Source of the DNA: an uncultured Nitrospiraceae bacterium
GTDB lineage: Bacteria > Nitrospirota > Thermodesulfovibrionia > Thermodesulfovibrionales > SM23-35
NCBI GenBank assembly: GCA_964639385.1
Contig: CAZXCW010000005.1
Location: forward strand, 1 to 38,121
DNA length: 38,121 bases
Direction of reading: 5' to 3'
Below are positions 10,441 through 20,451 of this stretch, one piece after another. Below the pieces are notes generated by a model. The model saw nothing but the letters and a program-made list of their open reading frames with translations. It searched no databases and was not told where the DNA came from. Position numbers and translations under genes: made by a program. Numbering within the stretch: the first letter of the stretch is position 1; every line of letters begins with the position of its first letter.

Positions 10441-10800
10441 AGAACTCTCGAACATGCAAAAACCCACGATGATTTATGGAATTCAGCACAGGTGGAAATG
10501 ATAAAGAGAGGGAAGATGCATGTATACATGAGGATGTACTGGGCAAAAAAGATCTTAGAGTGGACAGAATCTCCTGAACAGGCTTTAGAGATCGCCATTT
10601 ATCTGAACGATAAGTATGAACTTGACAGGAGAGACAGAGACTCAAATGGACATTTTGAGATTGCTTGGAGCATCGGAGGTGTGCATGATAGAGCATGGAA
10701 TGAGCGCCCCGTTTCTGGGAAGATACGATATATGAGCTATAGTGGCTGTAAGGCGAAGTTTGATGTTAAGAAATACATTGAATATATTCAGTCAATGTGA
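10441..10800 (+). pseudogene. phrB: Class II CPD photolyase C-terminal remnant
   Basis: In-frame [36 protein letters not shown]...YLNDKYELD...[13 protein letters not shown]...IRYM. The N-terminal majority is absent and the DGRDPNG motif is disrupted by a 6-bp duplication (10630-10641). Confidence 0.8.
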
Positions 10801-10940
10801 GATCTATAATGAAAAAATAATACCAACCAAGTAAATAAAGGAAAAGAAATAGCTCTTGTATTAGTAAAGATAACCAAATGCATACATGTCACAAGGTTTC
10901 AAAGTGCTTCAGAATGCCATGTAAGATAACCCCCACATCT

Positions 10941-11888
10941 TTATGCATGGTTTCTGAGCATAAGTTCCAGAGGATGAGGATTTAAATAATACTGTCTTTT
11001 CAGATATGCTTCATCGAACTTCCGGACATAATGTTTAATCAGGGCTACTGGAACAATGAGAGGAATGTACCCCCTATGATAATTCTCAATGACTTCAAGC
11101 AATTCTTTTTTGTCATCCGCTGAGAGCTGCTTCTTAAAGTAACCTGTTATATGTAGTAAAACATTTGTATTCTTTTTGACTGTTGCAATCAGATGCAACC
11201 CTTCCATTAATAACTTTATGTATCCAGAGTGAAGGTCTTCAGATTTATATCTTTTTGCATTTGCAGTTAATTGTCCGAGAAGACTGAAATGTTTGGGGCT
11301 GTGAGAAAAGATCAGAAGCTTGTGTTCTGTATGGAAGATTATCAAATCTTTAATGAGACCTCCTTTCTTTATGAACTCCTGCCATCTCTGATACACAAAG
11401 ACCCTCTCTATAAAGTTTTCTCTTAAGCTTGGATCATGGAGCCTGCCATCATCTATGACAGGTATGAGAGAGAAATATTTCATGAATGCTCCCCCGAATA
11501 TGCCGACTCCTCTTTTACTCGGTAATCCAGATGCAGTATAGACTTTTACTCCCCCGATACCCGAACTGGGAGATTTGCTCTTGAAGATGAAGCCGCAAAG
11601 CTCTTCTTTTACAAGCTCTTTTAGTTTTTTCTCTGCCCATTTCAGCATACCTTCGGTGTGATCAATTCCGGTACGAACAGTAACGAGGCGTGGAGAATCT
11701 GGGTTTCCTGCCAAACGCATCGCCTCCCTTGGAACAGGAAGACCATATTCTACTTCTGGACAAACAGACACCCACTCGAAATACTGCCCCAGTGTATCAG
11801 CTATATATCGATCAAGCTTATGCCCGGCATCATAACGAACATTTTCACCGAGAAGGCAGGAACTTATTCCGATTTTGATTTTTTCCAT
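10941..11888 (-). CDS. DUF523 + DUF1722 protein (YbgA / 2-thiouracil desulfurase-like)
   Basis: IGISSCLLGENVRYD, VCPEVEYGLPVPRE, KSKSPS, and C-terminal HITGYFKK...YLNPHP. Confidence 0.88.
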   Translation of the reverse strand: MEKIKIGISSCLLGENVRYDAGHKLDRYIADTLGQYFEWVSVCPEVEYGLPVPREAMRLAGNPDSPRLVTVRTGIDHTEGMLKWAEKKLKELVKEELCGFIFKSKSPSSGIGGVKVYTASGLPSKRGVGIFGGAFMKYFSLIPVIDDGRLHDPSLRENFIERVFVYQRWQEFIKKGGLIKDLIIFHTEHKLLIFSHSPKHFSLLGQLTANAKRYKSEDLHSGYIKLLMEGLHLIATVKKNTNVLLHITGYFKKQLSADDKKELLEVIENYHRGYIPLIVPVALIKHYVRKFDEAYLKRQYYLNPHPLELMLRNHA

Positions 11889-12167
11889 ATGTTTATCCTC
11901 TCCTCGTTATCCTATCACATTCCTTTTATTAACGAGTATTATTTACAAAATCAAGGCGGATATAGTATTTGAGCGGCTTCTTTTGCTGATAGTTATATAG
12001 AATAACAAAGATCAAGGGGCAAAAACCTCGGAGTTCCGACAAAGTCTGAACGAGAATGAGCGAGAATACTGTATCCGCCATTCTTCCTTGCCATCCAGAA
12101 CCAAAATATATAATAATTGCTTATAATTTTGCCTGAGTGAAAGGCTAAAGAATCAGTATATAAAAAT

Positions 12168-12593
12168 ATGGTAATTGAAGAGTCTGTAGTCATTCATGCA
12201 AAGATGGATAAGGTATGGGAGACCCTTACTGACCTCACCTCCTGGAAAGACTGGAATACCGTCATGAGGGATGTCTGTTCAGTAGAAAAATGCCTTTCTC
12301 ATGGAGGCAAGATTTTGTGTTCTTTCCGTCCATTCTTATTGCCTATTAAAGCTATAATAAGGGTAGAGGAGGTAAAAACTCATAAGCGCATTGTATGGTC
12401 TGCTAAGAAAAAGAGGCTCTCTGCGCGAAACAAATTCTCTTTTCAGAGCAACGAAAAAGGTGTAATAGTTACAAGCAGGGAAACTTTCAGTGGCCCCCTC
12501 GTCAAGTCTCTCAGTTTTCTATTCCCTAAAAGGAAAATGCGGACTCTTATAAAAACTTTTCTGAAAGACCTTAAGACAGCGTCAGAAAGTTAA
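12168..12593 (+). CDS. SRPBCC/START family protein
   Basis: IEESVVIHAKMDKVWETLTDLTSWKDWN; 141 aa with a C-terminal helix LKDLKTASE. Confidence 0.75.
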   Translation: MVIEESVVIHAKMDKVWETLTDLTSWKDWNTVMRDVCSVEKCLSHGGKILCSFRPFLLPIKAIIRVEEVKTHKRIVWSAKKKRLSARNKFSFQSNEKGVIVTSRETFSGPLVKSLSFLFPKRKMRTLIKTFLKDLKTASES

Positions 12594-12736
12594 ATAAATT
12601 TTTGAACAATGCCTGCATTATTAGGGCTGATGATAATATAAACCGTTTTTTTTCAGACGCCCAAGCTCGATATTTTTGAGTAGCGCAACTAACCATTTAC
12701 CCCACTCTATAAGGGATTTCCTCTCGATAGAGATAT

Positions 12737-13537
12737 TTACATCTTTTCAAGGGGCTTCTTCGCTCTGATATAAGCTGAAAAGACCATCTTTTCGACACCC
12801 TCTCCGAAGTTCCAGCTTTTGATTATCTCATCACTCTTTTCTTTCTCCTCTATGGTGACATCAGTAAAGCCAGATTTCTCAAGAATCCCTTTCAGTTCCT
12901 TCACGGGAACAGACCCGGTTATTCAGCCGCTAAATGCATCTTCATTCTGCTTAATGGCCTCAGAGAATTCGCCTTTTTTCAGAATATCTGAGACCGCAAG
13001 TCTGCCTCCTGGTCTGAGCACACGGAAGGCTTCATTGAAAACTGCCTGTTTATCCGGTGAAAGGTTGATAACGCAGTTCGATATAATGACATCGACTGAA
13101 GAGTCTTCAAGAGGAAGTTTTTCTATTTCACTGAGCTTGAACTCAACATTCTTAACACCCAGTTTCCCTGCATTTTCCTTCGCCTTCTCCACCATCTCGG
13201 GTGTCATGTCGACTCCTATTACCAATCCTTTTCCCCCGACTTTCATTGATGAAAGGAATGCATCAAACCCTGCCCCACATCCGAGGTCGAGGACTGTTTC
13301 GTCCTCTTTGAAATCGGCAATCGCATTTGGATTCCCGCATCCGAGTCCTAAGTTTGCTTCTCCAAGCCCTATCTTCAATTCCTCATCAGAGTAACCAAGC
13401 CTCCTGCCTGTTTCGAGAAGGCTTTGGGTAGAGGTGCCCGGTGAACAACAAGCATTCGTCGGACAACAGGAAGACCCACCAGTAAGAATCTCTGAGTACC
13501 TCTTGACCACTATCTGTTTTATCTTTCTCTGGCTCAT
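12737..13537 (-). CDS. arsM: Arsenite S-adenosylmethionine methyltransferase, probable selenoprotein (Sec at TGA 12925-12923; 266 aa with readthrough)
   Basis: N-terminal CC pairs, LGLGCGNP, VLDLGCGAGFD, IISNCVINL. The frame continues past TGA as FSG-U-ITGSVPVKELKGILEKSGF...FSAYIRAKKPLEKM to TAA 12739-12737, matching the ArsM C-terminus (GCIAGA...SAxIxAxKP). Confidence 0.85.
12895..12922 (-). promoter_or_regulatory. Candidate bacterial SECIS element
   Basis: 12 nt after UGA there is a stem GUUCC/GGAAC with a G-containing loop CGUGAA (12910-12895). Confidence 0.55.
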
Positions 13538-13707
13538 TAATACTTTCTGAAAGAAATGTACTTCGCGTTCATTTTAAGTATATTAAAAAGCAGAGGCATT
13601 ACTCAAGTTTAGTAGAACCATCACATGATAACTGATTTTGAATTGATCCTTAAGGTAAAATTTCGTTTGAGTTTAAAAAGTTAAATAGTATAATTCATAA
13701 ATCACCC

Positions 13708-14817
13708 ATGATTCATAGGTTTATTATTTTTATAGTTATTGTTCAGTCAATACTCTTTTTAGGGCATTGGTTTTTGTACAAGACTCTATTTTTTTTCTTT
13801 AATCTTTCCAGGCCAGCGGTTATCCTGTCTTTGAAAATTATTTTATTTCTATTATCTATTAGTCTTGTTTTAACTTCTTTCTTGGTTTTTCGTTATTCCA
13901 ATGTTTTGGTTCGAGTAGTTTACGTATTAGCTGCTTCATGGTTAGGATTTTTAAATTTCTTTATCTTAGCGTCATTTTCTTCTTGGATAATTTATATCGT
14001 AGTTCAAAAATTTCCTTTTTCTCTAAATCAAAAATTATTAGCCGGCATACTGTTTGCCTTGGCAATTGTAGTTGGCATATACGGAATTATTAATGCCAGT
14101 AGCATGCGCATCACAAATATTTCTGCTAAGCTACTTAATTTGCCAGAATATTGGCACGGCAAAATTGCAGTATGGGTAAGCGATATTCATCTGGGCCCGG
14201 TAAGAAGATACGGTTTTGCCAAAGATGTTGCTAATAAAATACAACAATTGCAGCCTGATTTAGTCTTTATTGGCGGAGATTTATTTGATGGTGGAACGTT
14301 TGATTTGAATGGTTTTACCGAACCGTTTTCGAAAATCTCTGCTCCAGACGGTATTTATTTTATTACCGGAAACCATGAAGAATTTTTTGATCCTGCTCAA
14401 TACTTAAAGGCAGTAAGGCTGACCGGTATTAAGGTGTTAAATAACGAAATGCTGAATTTAAAAGGACTCCAGATAATCGGAGTTGATTATAGGGATTCGG
14501 AAAACAGGCAAAAATATGAGATGATTCTCAATGGTATTAAAATTAATCCAAACGTACCTACCATTCTATTGAAACATTCTCCAGACAATTTAGATATAGC
14601 TAATAAGAAAGGGGTTACGTTGCAACTTTCCGGCCATACTCACAAAGGACAAATTTTCCCAATCAATTTAATCACCGCACTTGTATACCATGGTTATGAT
14701 TACGGGCTTAAAAAATTCGGAGGTTTGCAAATTTATAGTTCAAGTGGAATTGGTACCTGGGGTCCACCCATGCGCGTGGGCAACATCCCGGAAATCGTGG
14801 CTATAAGATTTGAATAA
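13708..14817 (+). CDS. Membrane-anchored metallophosphoesterase (YkuE/YaeI-like)
   Basis: Hydrophobic N-terminal helices; SDIH, GGDLFD, GNHE, LSGHTHKGQ, GIGTWGPPMR motifs. Confidence 0.9.
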   Translation: MIHRFIIFIVIVQSILFLGHWFLYKTLFFFFNLSRPAVILSLKIILFLLSISLVLTSFLVFRYSNVLVRVVYVLAASWLGFLNFFILASFSSWIIYIVVQKFPFSLNQKLLAGILFALAIVVGIYGIINASSMRITNISAKLLNLPEYWHGKIAVWVSDIHLGPVRRYGFAKDVANKIQQLQPDLVFIGGDLFDGGTFDLNGFTEPFSKISAPDGIYFITGNHEEFFDPAQYLKAVRLTGIKVLNNEMLNLKGLQIIGVDYRDSENRQKYEMILNGIKINPNVPTILLKHSPDNLDIANKKGVTLQLSGHTHKGQIFPINLITALVYHGYDYGLKKFGGLQIYSSSGIGTWGPPMRVGNIPEIVAIRFE

Positions 14818-14837
14818 GTAAAACCTGAAACAGACAT

Positions 14838-15680
14838 TTACATGAAGTCAGACACAAAGCCGAATCGCCTGTAGATCTCTTGCGCCTGGTAGGTCTTCAT
14901 AAAACTAAGAAATTTTTCAGCACTACCGGGATGAGGGGCATTTTTGAGCCTCGCTATATAGTAATTCACCTTATCCCGCTGATCTAAGCCTTCGCCAGGC
15001 TCTATAGCCTCAACCCTTAGACCCATACTCTGGGCATTCTTGACCTCTGTTGCCCACACAGGTCCGACATCCACTGTGCCTTTTCTTATCCTCAATGGAG
15101 TCTCTCTATGGTGAACAATTGTAAGGATCGTGGTTCCTTCAGCCCTTTTATCATCCATAATCCTCCTTACCAGTGCATCACCCCCGGCACTTTTATACAT
15201 ATCAATAATATATCGAGTAATATCCTCCATCTCCCCTGGCTGGGAAATCCTCACATCATCACGACCAAGGTCTTTAAGCGTTTTTATGCCTGCTGGATTC
15301 CCTTTAGGAACCATTAAAACTATTCTATTGTGAAGATAAACAAAGTAGTCATTAATATAACCTCTATACAACAGTTCCTTCATTGCATCTTCTGTTACAG
15401 CAGTATAGACATCGGGTGTTATTCTTATTTCTTTTTCACCAAATTTAGCACCACCTGCGAGAATCTGTTTTAGTTCTAAGCCAGGAGGAAGCGTCTCATA
15501 AAAAATCTTTTTGATTTCGGGGTATATCCGCTGAAATAAATTGAGAAGTTCATCCATAACCATAAACTGGTTACCAGCCATGAAGAGTATAAGGTCAGCG
15601 CTATCCATGTATTCAAGACCGTGAAGGTCATCTCCACGGCTGAGCGGTATTTCTGGCAAAGGGGTATATCCGTTAGTCAC
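14838..15680 (-). CDS. ModA-like oxyanion/solute-binding fold protein without an evident signal peptide
   Basis: LFMAGNQF, FYETLPPG, NRIVLMVPKGNPAGIKTLKDL, HHRETP, AQEIYRRFGF resemble molybdate-binding proteins; GTG start. Confidence 0.65.
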   Translation of the reverse strand: MTNGYTPLPEIPLSRGDDLHGLEYMDSADLILFMAGNQFMVMDELLNLFQRIYPEIKKIFYETLPPGLELKQILAGGAKFGEKEIRITPDVYTAVTEDAMKELLYRGYINDYFVYLHNRIVLMVPKGNPAGIKTLKDLGRDDVRISQPGEMEDITRYIIDMYKSAGGDALVRRIMDDKRAEGTTILTIVHHRETPLRIRKGTVDVGPVWATEVKNAQSMGLRVEAIEPGEGLDQRDKVNYYIARLKNAPHPGSAEKFLSFMKTYQAQEIYRRFGFVSDFM

Positions 15681-15833
15681 ATTTGATTCCTTCTATAATA
15701 ACCATTCATATGGTAAATTAAAACTCAAAATAATTACAAAGCATAGAATTTTCCTTTCATTTCTCCTCACAAAGTGATCTTTATTTTCTCCTGTAGTATG
15801 AGAATTGGCCGAAAAGTCTGACACAGGCATAAA

Positions 15834-17324
15834 TCATTTCTTTTCCTCAACCACAATCCACGTACCTTTTCCCGGTTCAGACTCTATACGCAGGTGCCAA
15901 CCTATCGCTGTAGCCCGTTCTTCCATCGTCATTAGCCCCCACCCTCTCTGTTCCCTCATTCGAATACTTGAGTAATCAAACCCCTTACCATTGTCGGCAA
16001 TGGTGAGTTGCATCATCCCTGCTTTTCCCTCCAGCGTTACGGTCACTTGGTTGGCTTGGGCGTGCTTGACTACGTTGGTCAGAGCCTCTTGGCCAATGCG
16101 AAATAAGGCTGTTTCTGTGGCCAGCGGCAATCGAGGCATCATTTCTTCTCCTTGTACCTTTACATCCATACCTGTGCGATTCAGAAACCGCCTCCCACAC
16201 CAGCGCAATGCTGCCAGTAATCCTAAGTCATCCAGGACAGATGGGCGTAGCTCAGCCATCGCATCCCGGAGGTAATTGTTAGTTTGCTCTAACAAGCATA
16301 GTGAATCATCAATGTGTAAACCAAGGTCTTTTATCTCCTTGGGCAACTCTGACTGCACAGCTTTCAGGCTTATAGCGATAGCTGCTAAATTCTGTGATAC
16401 CTCGTCATGTATTATCTGCGTTACCCGTTTCCTTTCGGCTTCTTCTCGCTCTGCGAGACGTGCGGAAAGGGAGCGCAACTGTTCTCGCGAATTTATTAGT
16501 TTTTTCTCCGCCTCCTTGAGCTCGATAACCATATAATTAAAGGCAAGCGCAAGTCTTCCTATCTCATCTCTTGTTCCGACTGGTACCTTTTCAACAGGAC
16601 CTCCTATACCAAGTGCTTTCACACTCTCAGTCAATTTATTGAGCGGTCTTATAATTCCTTTCACTATAGGAAATGCAAGCATAGAGCCAATAATCAAAAA
16701 GATAATTCCAATCATAATGCCTTTAAATAAAATAACCTTGAGTTGTTTATTCAGTATATCTTTGTCGAGTGTTAACCCAACAAACCCCATGATAAGCTCT
16801 TTCGTGCGGAATGAATTTTTATCAAAAAACGGAGTCGCCTCAACAAAATATTTTGAGCCTGAGGTCACGGGTGTCCAAAACTCAACCGTACCGGCAGTGC
16901 TCTCAAGGTAGCAAGCAGAGCCAGACTCTTTAATTTTCTCAAGTATATGTTTCAGTTTATCCTGATCTACTTCCATACTTTTTCCCTGTGCCTTACCGTC
17001 CCCTCTTTCTTGTCTTATCAATAATTTCCCATCCACCGTAAAAATCGATAAAGACTTAACTTCATCTTGTTGCAAAAATCCCTTGGTAGAGTTTACAAGC
17101 AGGTCTTTATTCTCCGTAAAAACACCGAGCTTCGAGTTATCAGCAAGAAGTCTCGCAATCAGTTCCCCTTTCTTTATGAGGTTATTTGTTAGTGTTCTTC
17201 TCTCTTGTAGAATAAAAAAGACAGTAAATGAAGAAGAAATAATTAATATGAAAAGTATAAATTTGATGAATACTTTAACACCAAAGTTTTCATTATAAAT
17301 CTTCAGAAGATTTAAAGATTTCAT
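15834..17324 (-). CDS. Membrane sensor histidine kinase (2 TM, HAMP, HisKA_3, HATPase)
   Basis: Two TM helices, HAMP DEIGRLALAFN, EAERKRVTQIIHDEVSQ, ELRPSVLDDLGL, QEALTNVVKHA, DNGKGF. Confidence 0.9.
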   Translation of the reverse strand: MKSLNLLKIYNENFGVKVFIKFILFILIISSSFTVFFILQERRTLTNNLIKKGELIARLLADNSKLGVFTENKDLLVNSTKGFLQQDEVKSLSIFTVDGKLLIRQERGDGKAQGKSMEVDQDKLKHILEKIKESGSACYLESTAGTVEFWTPVTSGSKYFVEATPFFDKNSFRTKELIMGFVGLTLDKDILNKQLKVILFKGIMIGIIFLIIGSMLAFPIVKGIIRPLNKLTESVKALGIGGPVEKVPVGTRDEIGRLALAFNYMVIELKEAEKKLINSREQLRSLSARLAEREEAERKRVTQIIHDEVSQNLAAIAISLKAVQSELPKEIKDLGLHIDDSLCLLEQTNNYLRDAMAELRPSVLDDLGLLAALRWCGRRFLNRTGMDVKVQGEEMMPRLPLATETALFRIGQEALTNVVKHAQANQVTVTLEGKAGMMQLTIADNGKGFDYSSIRMREQRGWGLMTMEERATAIGWHLRIESEPGKGTWIVVEEKK

Positions 17325-17332
17325 TATCCTTC

Positions 17333-18235
17333 TCAGTTTATTATTTTGGCCTTACTCATAATCTTATTGTTAAGAGTTACTCCCATTTTCTTTGCCGTTT
17401 TGAGATTTATTGTTAAGACGGCCTTACGTGCATCAAATCTGGGGAGATTCTTTATATTCGTCCCTGACAGAATCTTTTTGGCCATCTCTCCTGCCTGTCT
17501 CCCTATATCAAAGGCATCTATGCTCACTGACATCACAGCTCCCAACTCCAGATACTTATCTGAAAAGGTAAAGACAGGGATTTTATTTTCTATGGAGAAG
17601 AGAAACAAAAATTCTACTGTCTCTGGGGTAATCACTGTTGTATCGGGTAACATCCAGAAGACATCTATTCCATACTTCATATTATTTATTATCGAAGGTA
17701 CCTCTTTTGGGCTGTGAACTTCCCTGGCTATCAGTTTGATTCCCAATTTCTTTGAGTAATATCGAGCTCTTTCGATAAGATAGCCTGTCTTTGCCGGATC
17801 ATATAAAAGGCCTACTCTCTTAGCATCGTGGAAACCCTCATGCAACAAAACTAACTGCTTTTCGGGAGGTATATTCATGCTGACGCCAGTTATATTTTCT
17901 TCTTTCGAGATTACAGATTGAGGATTCAGGACCATAAGATAAATAATGGGTATATCTTTAATCTTTTTGACTTTTAAAAGGGCATCTATTCCCACTGTTA
18001 CAATTATATCAGGTTTGATTTTAGAAACCTCTTTTACGACATCTACCCCTCCCATTTCCGAGACTATTAACCTTTCAATTTCACAATCACAAACACTTTT
18101 AAAACCACTAAGTGCCTCTTCATACGGCTTAACCATGAGACTCTCAATAACAATAACCTTTGAATTGGCCTCAACTATACAAGGGCTGAGTATTAATAGT
18201 TTGACCAGCAGTATTACAAAAAGCTTCCTTATCAT
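17333..18235 (-). CDS. Periplasmic ABC-type substrate-binding protein (ABC_sub_bind-like), stand-alone
   Basis: Signal peptide from MIRKLFVILL, ITGVSMNIPP, RVGLLYDP, FWMLPDTTV, TINLKTAKKMGV; 8 bp from the kinase; no permease or ATPase nearby. Confidence 0.82.
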   Translation of the reverse strand: MIRKLFVILLVKLLILSPCIVEANSKVIVIESLMVKPYEEALSGFKSVCDCEIERLIVSEMGGVDVVKEVSKIKPDIIVTVGIDALLKVKKIKDIPIIYLMVLNPQSVISKEENITGVSMNIPPEKQLVLLHEGFHDAKRVGLLYDPAKTGYLIERARYYSKKLGIKLIAREVHSPKEVPSIINNMKYGIDVFWMLPDTTVITPETVEFLFLFSIENKIPVFTFSDKYLELGAVMSVSIDAFDIGRQAGEMAKKILSGTNIKNLPRFDARKAVLTINLKTAKKMGVTLNNKIMSKAKIIN

Positions 18236-18335
18236 AGCTTGATAAAAGTTAAGCAATATTTGCCTTGAATATAAATCATAAACAAATATTTTCTGCTTGA
18301 AGAAGATTTTAAAATTTTATAATATTGACCTACTT

Positions 18336-20213
18336 ATGTGTAACTCTTTTCTTAAAAGAGGAATCTATTATATATATTTATCGTTGATTATCTTCTGTTT
18401 TTGCCATTTAGCCTATGCCCAGACAGAGGAAGAAATGAAGATTCTCCAGATGTTTTATAAGGAAAAGGAACTTGTTGTAACGCCCACAAGACACCCAAAA
18501 CCCATCTCTCTGGTTGCAGAGAATATCACTGTCATAACCTCTAAAGAGATAGAGGATATAAATGCCCATACACTGACAGATGTCCTGAATACTATTCCCG
18601 GTGTTCAGATGGATATACGAGGGGGCCCTGGCAGTGTAACAAGTGCTCGTATTCAAGGTTCTGAATTCAGGCATGTCCTTGTAGTAATAGATGGCGTTAG
18701 CCTGAATAACCTTTCAGATAATTTTGCTGACATCAGTGCGATCCCTGTCCAGAATATTGAGAGGATAGAGATAATTAAGGGTCCTGCCTCATCCTCATGG
18801 GGTTCATCACTCGGAGGAATAATAAATATCATTACAAAATCTCCTGTTGATTCAACCAAGATAGAAGGGACACTCTCGACATCTTATGGAGAACGGAATA
18901 CAGGGGACTACAGAGCGGAAGTTACTGGCAAAGTAGGCAACTTCGGCTATTATGTTTATGGCGGAAATCTCCTTTCTGATGGCCTCAGGCCTAACACTCA
19001 TTTTTATGAGAATAATGTTTATGCAAAGTTACAATGGGATATTACTGATAAGGCAAACCTACTCTTCACCTTTGGATATAACAAGGGAAACAGGGGGATG
19101 GGTGAGTATCTCGACTTTTCATTCAAGAATAATTTTGAGTATCTCTTTTCTACACTCTCCCTGAACTACTCAATTACTGACGAGGCTGATTTCAACCTTT
19201 CATTAAGGACATCGAGACAGAATGCAGAACATTTTCTGAATCAGCTAAGCACAGGTGCAGAATTGACAATGAATACCTTCTATGATAAGGGAAATGGTGG
19301 AAGCGCAAAACTTACCTGGGGTTATGGAGTGCACAGTTTTGTCTTAGGTGCTGATTTTGATCACGGAGAACTCAAATCAAATAGTATCACAGGTGGTAGG
19401 CAAGATCTGGAGAAATGGGCGGTATTTATAAATGACACAATAGAAGTTGATAAGTTTTCCCTCACCCCTGGTATCAGATATGACCATACAAACACAAATG
19501 GTGAGTTCCTGAGCCCGAGCCTTGGAGTCACTTATAAACTAACTGAAAAGACTATCTTAAGGGCATATATTGCGAGGGGTTTCAGTATCCCTCCTCTTTC
19601 TTCAACGTTCGGTACCGGATTCTTCTATGTGCCTAACCCCGACCTTGAGGTTGAGAAGGTCTGGTCCTATCAGGCAGGAATAGAGTCTATGGACCTAAAA
19701 TACTTATGGGTTAAAACTACCCTGTTCAGAAATGATATATGGGATGCCATTTTTAATGAACAGCTGCCTGATGGTTCATTTAAAGCAGTCAACAAGGGAA
19801 AGCAGAGGAGGCAGGGGTTTGAGATTGAATTAAAGACTGCTCCTGTTTATAACACATCTCTCTTCGCAGGCTTTGCCTATGTAGACGCAAGGGACAGGGA
19901 TACGGGGGAGAAAATATCGGATATTCCAGGATACACCTATGACATTGGCATACAATATAACACCAATAAATCCTTCAGGGCGTCCGTCAGGGGCCATTAC
20001 ATATGGTGGAATGCCCAATCATCCTTTAACGGGAAATATAATTCTTTTATCTGGGACCTCAGCCTCATGAAAAAGATTTACAGGAGCAATAAAAGGGCTG
20101 TTGAACTCTTCCTTACAGCCCATAATATCTTCAATGGCTCACAGTACCTTCAGGATCCCTTTAAGAATCCGAGGAGATGGATTGAGGGAGGGCTTAGGAT
20201 AAAATTTCTGTAG
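18336..20213 (+). CDS. TonB-dependent outer membrane receptor
   Basis: Plug motifs VLVVIDGV and IERIEIIKGPASSSWG..GGIINIITK; beta-barrel C-terminus NIFN...RWIEGGLRIKFL. Start is ATG 18336 or TTG 18297. Confidence 0.92.
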   Translation: MCNSFLKRGIYYIYLSLIIFCFCHLAYAQTEEEMKILQMFYKEKELVVTPTRHPKPISLVAENITVITSKEIEDINAHTLTDVLNTIPGVQMDIRGGPGSVTSARIQGSEFRHVLVVIDGVSLNNLSDNFADISAIPVQNIERIEIIKGPASSSWGSSLGGIINIITKSPVDSTKIEGTLSTSYGERNTGDYRAEVTGKVGNFGYYVYGGNLLSDGLRPNTHFYENNVYAKLQWDITDKANLLFTFGYNKGNRGMGEYLDFSFKNNFEYLFSTLSLNYSITDEADFNLSLRTSRQNAEHFLNQLSTGAELTMNTFYDKGNGGSAKLTWGYGVHSFVLGADFDHGELKSNSITGGRQDLEKWAVFINDTIEVDKFSLTPGIRYDHTNTNGEFLSPSLGVTYKLTEKTILRAYIARGFSIPPLSSTFGTGFFYVPNPDLEVEKVWSYQAGIESMDLKYLWVKTTLFRNDIWDAIFNEQLPDGSFKAVNKGKQRRQGFEIELKTAPVYNTSLFAGFAYVDARDRDTGEKISDIPGYTYDIGIQYNTNKSFRASVRGHYIWWNAQSSFNGKYNSFIWDLSLMKKIYRSNKRAVELFLTAHNIFNGSQYLQDPFKNPRRWIEGGLRIKFL

Positions 20214-20292
20214 ACAGATAAGGCATTTTATGGTATAAATCATTAAATTCCTCCCTGGGAGGTAATTATAATTTTTTCTAAGGAGGCCTGAG

Positions 20293-20394
20293 ATGGAGAA
20301 AAAGGGAATAATAATCCTGGACAAAGGCTTAAAAGATTCAGTCGGACCCACTGGTGTTTGCTGCTATGGATCTTTTTTGCCACTCAGAAATTAA
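20293..20394 (+). CDS. RiPP precursor peptide, 33 aa (geopeptide-like): MEKKGIIILDKGLKDSVGPTGVCCYGSFLPLRN
   Basis: Not in the ORF track. AGGAGG RBS at 20281-20286, ATG 20293, TAA 20392-20394; IIILDKG leader plus a CC-containing core, directly upstream of the rSAM/SPASM gene. Confidence 0.85.
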   Translation: MEKKGIIILDKGLKDSVGPTGVCCYGSFLPLRN

Positions 20395-20410
20395 TGGTAC
20401 ATCGTCTTTA

Positions 20411-20443
20411 AAAATAAGGGGAGAGTTTTCTCCCCTTTATTTT
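20411..20443 (+). terminator. Stem-loop between precursor and maturase (partial terminator or stabiliser)
   Basis: AAAATAAGGGGAGA-GTTT-TCTCCCCTTTATTTT. Confidence 0.65.
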
Positions 20444-20451
20444 GTTAATAC

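Noticed and set aside
11993-12193. 66-aa minus-strand ORF
   Set aside because: No motif, overlaps the SRPBCC start, and lies in a probable divergent promoter region.
12819-13394. 191-aa plus-strand ORF
   Set aside because: Antisense shadow of arsM; Ser-rich with no motifs.
12923-13537. arsM as a truncated 204-aa protein or pseudogene
   Set aside because: The TGA is at a conserved Cys site, with a conserved downstream frame and a SECIS-like hairpin; Sec readthrough explains it better.
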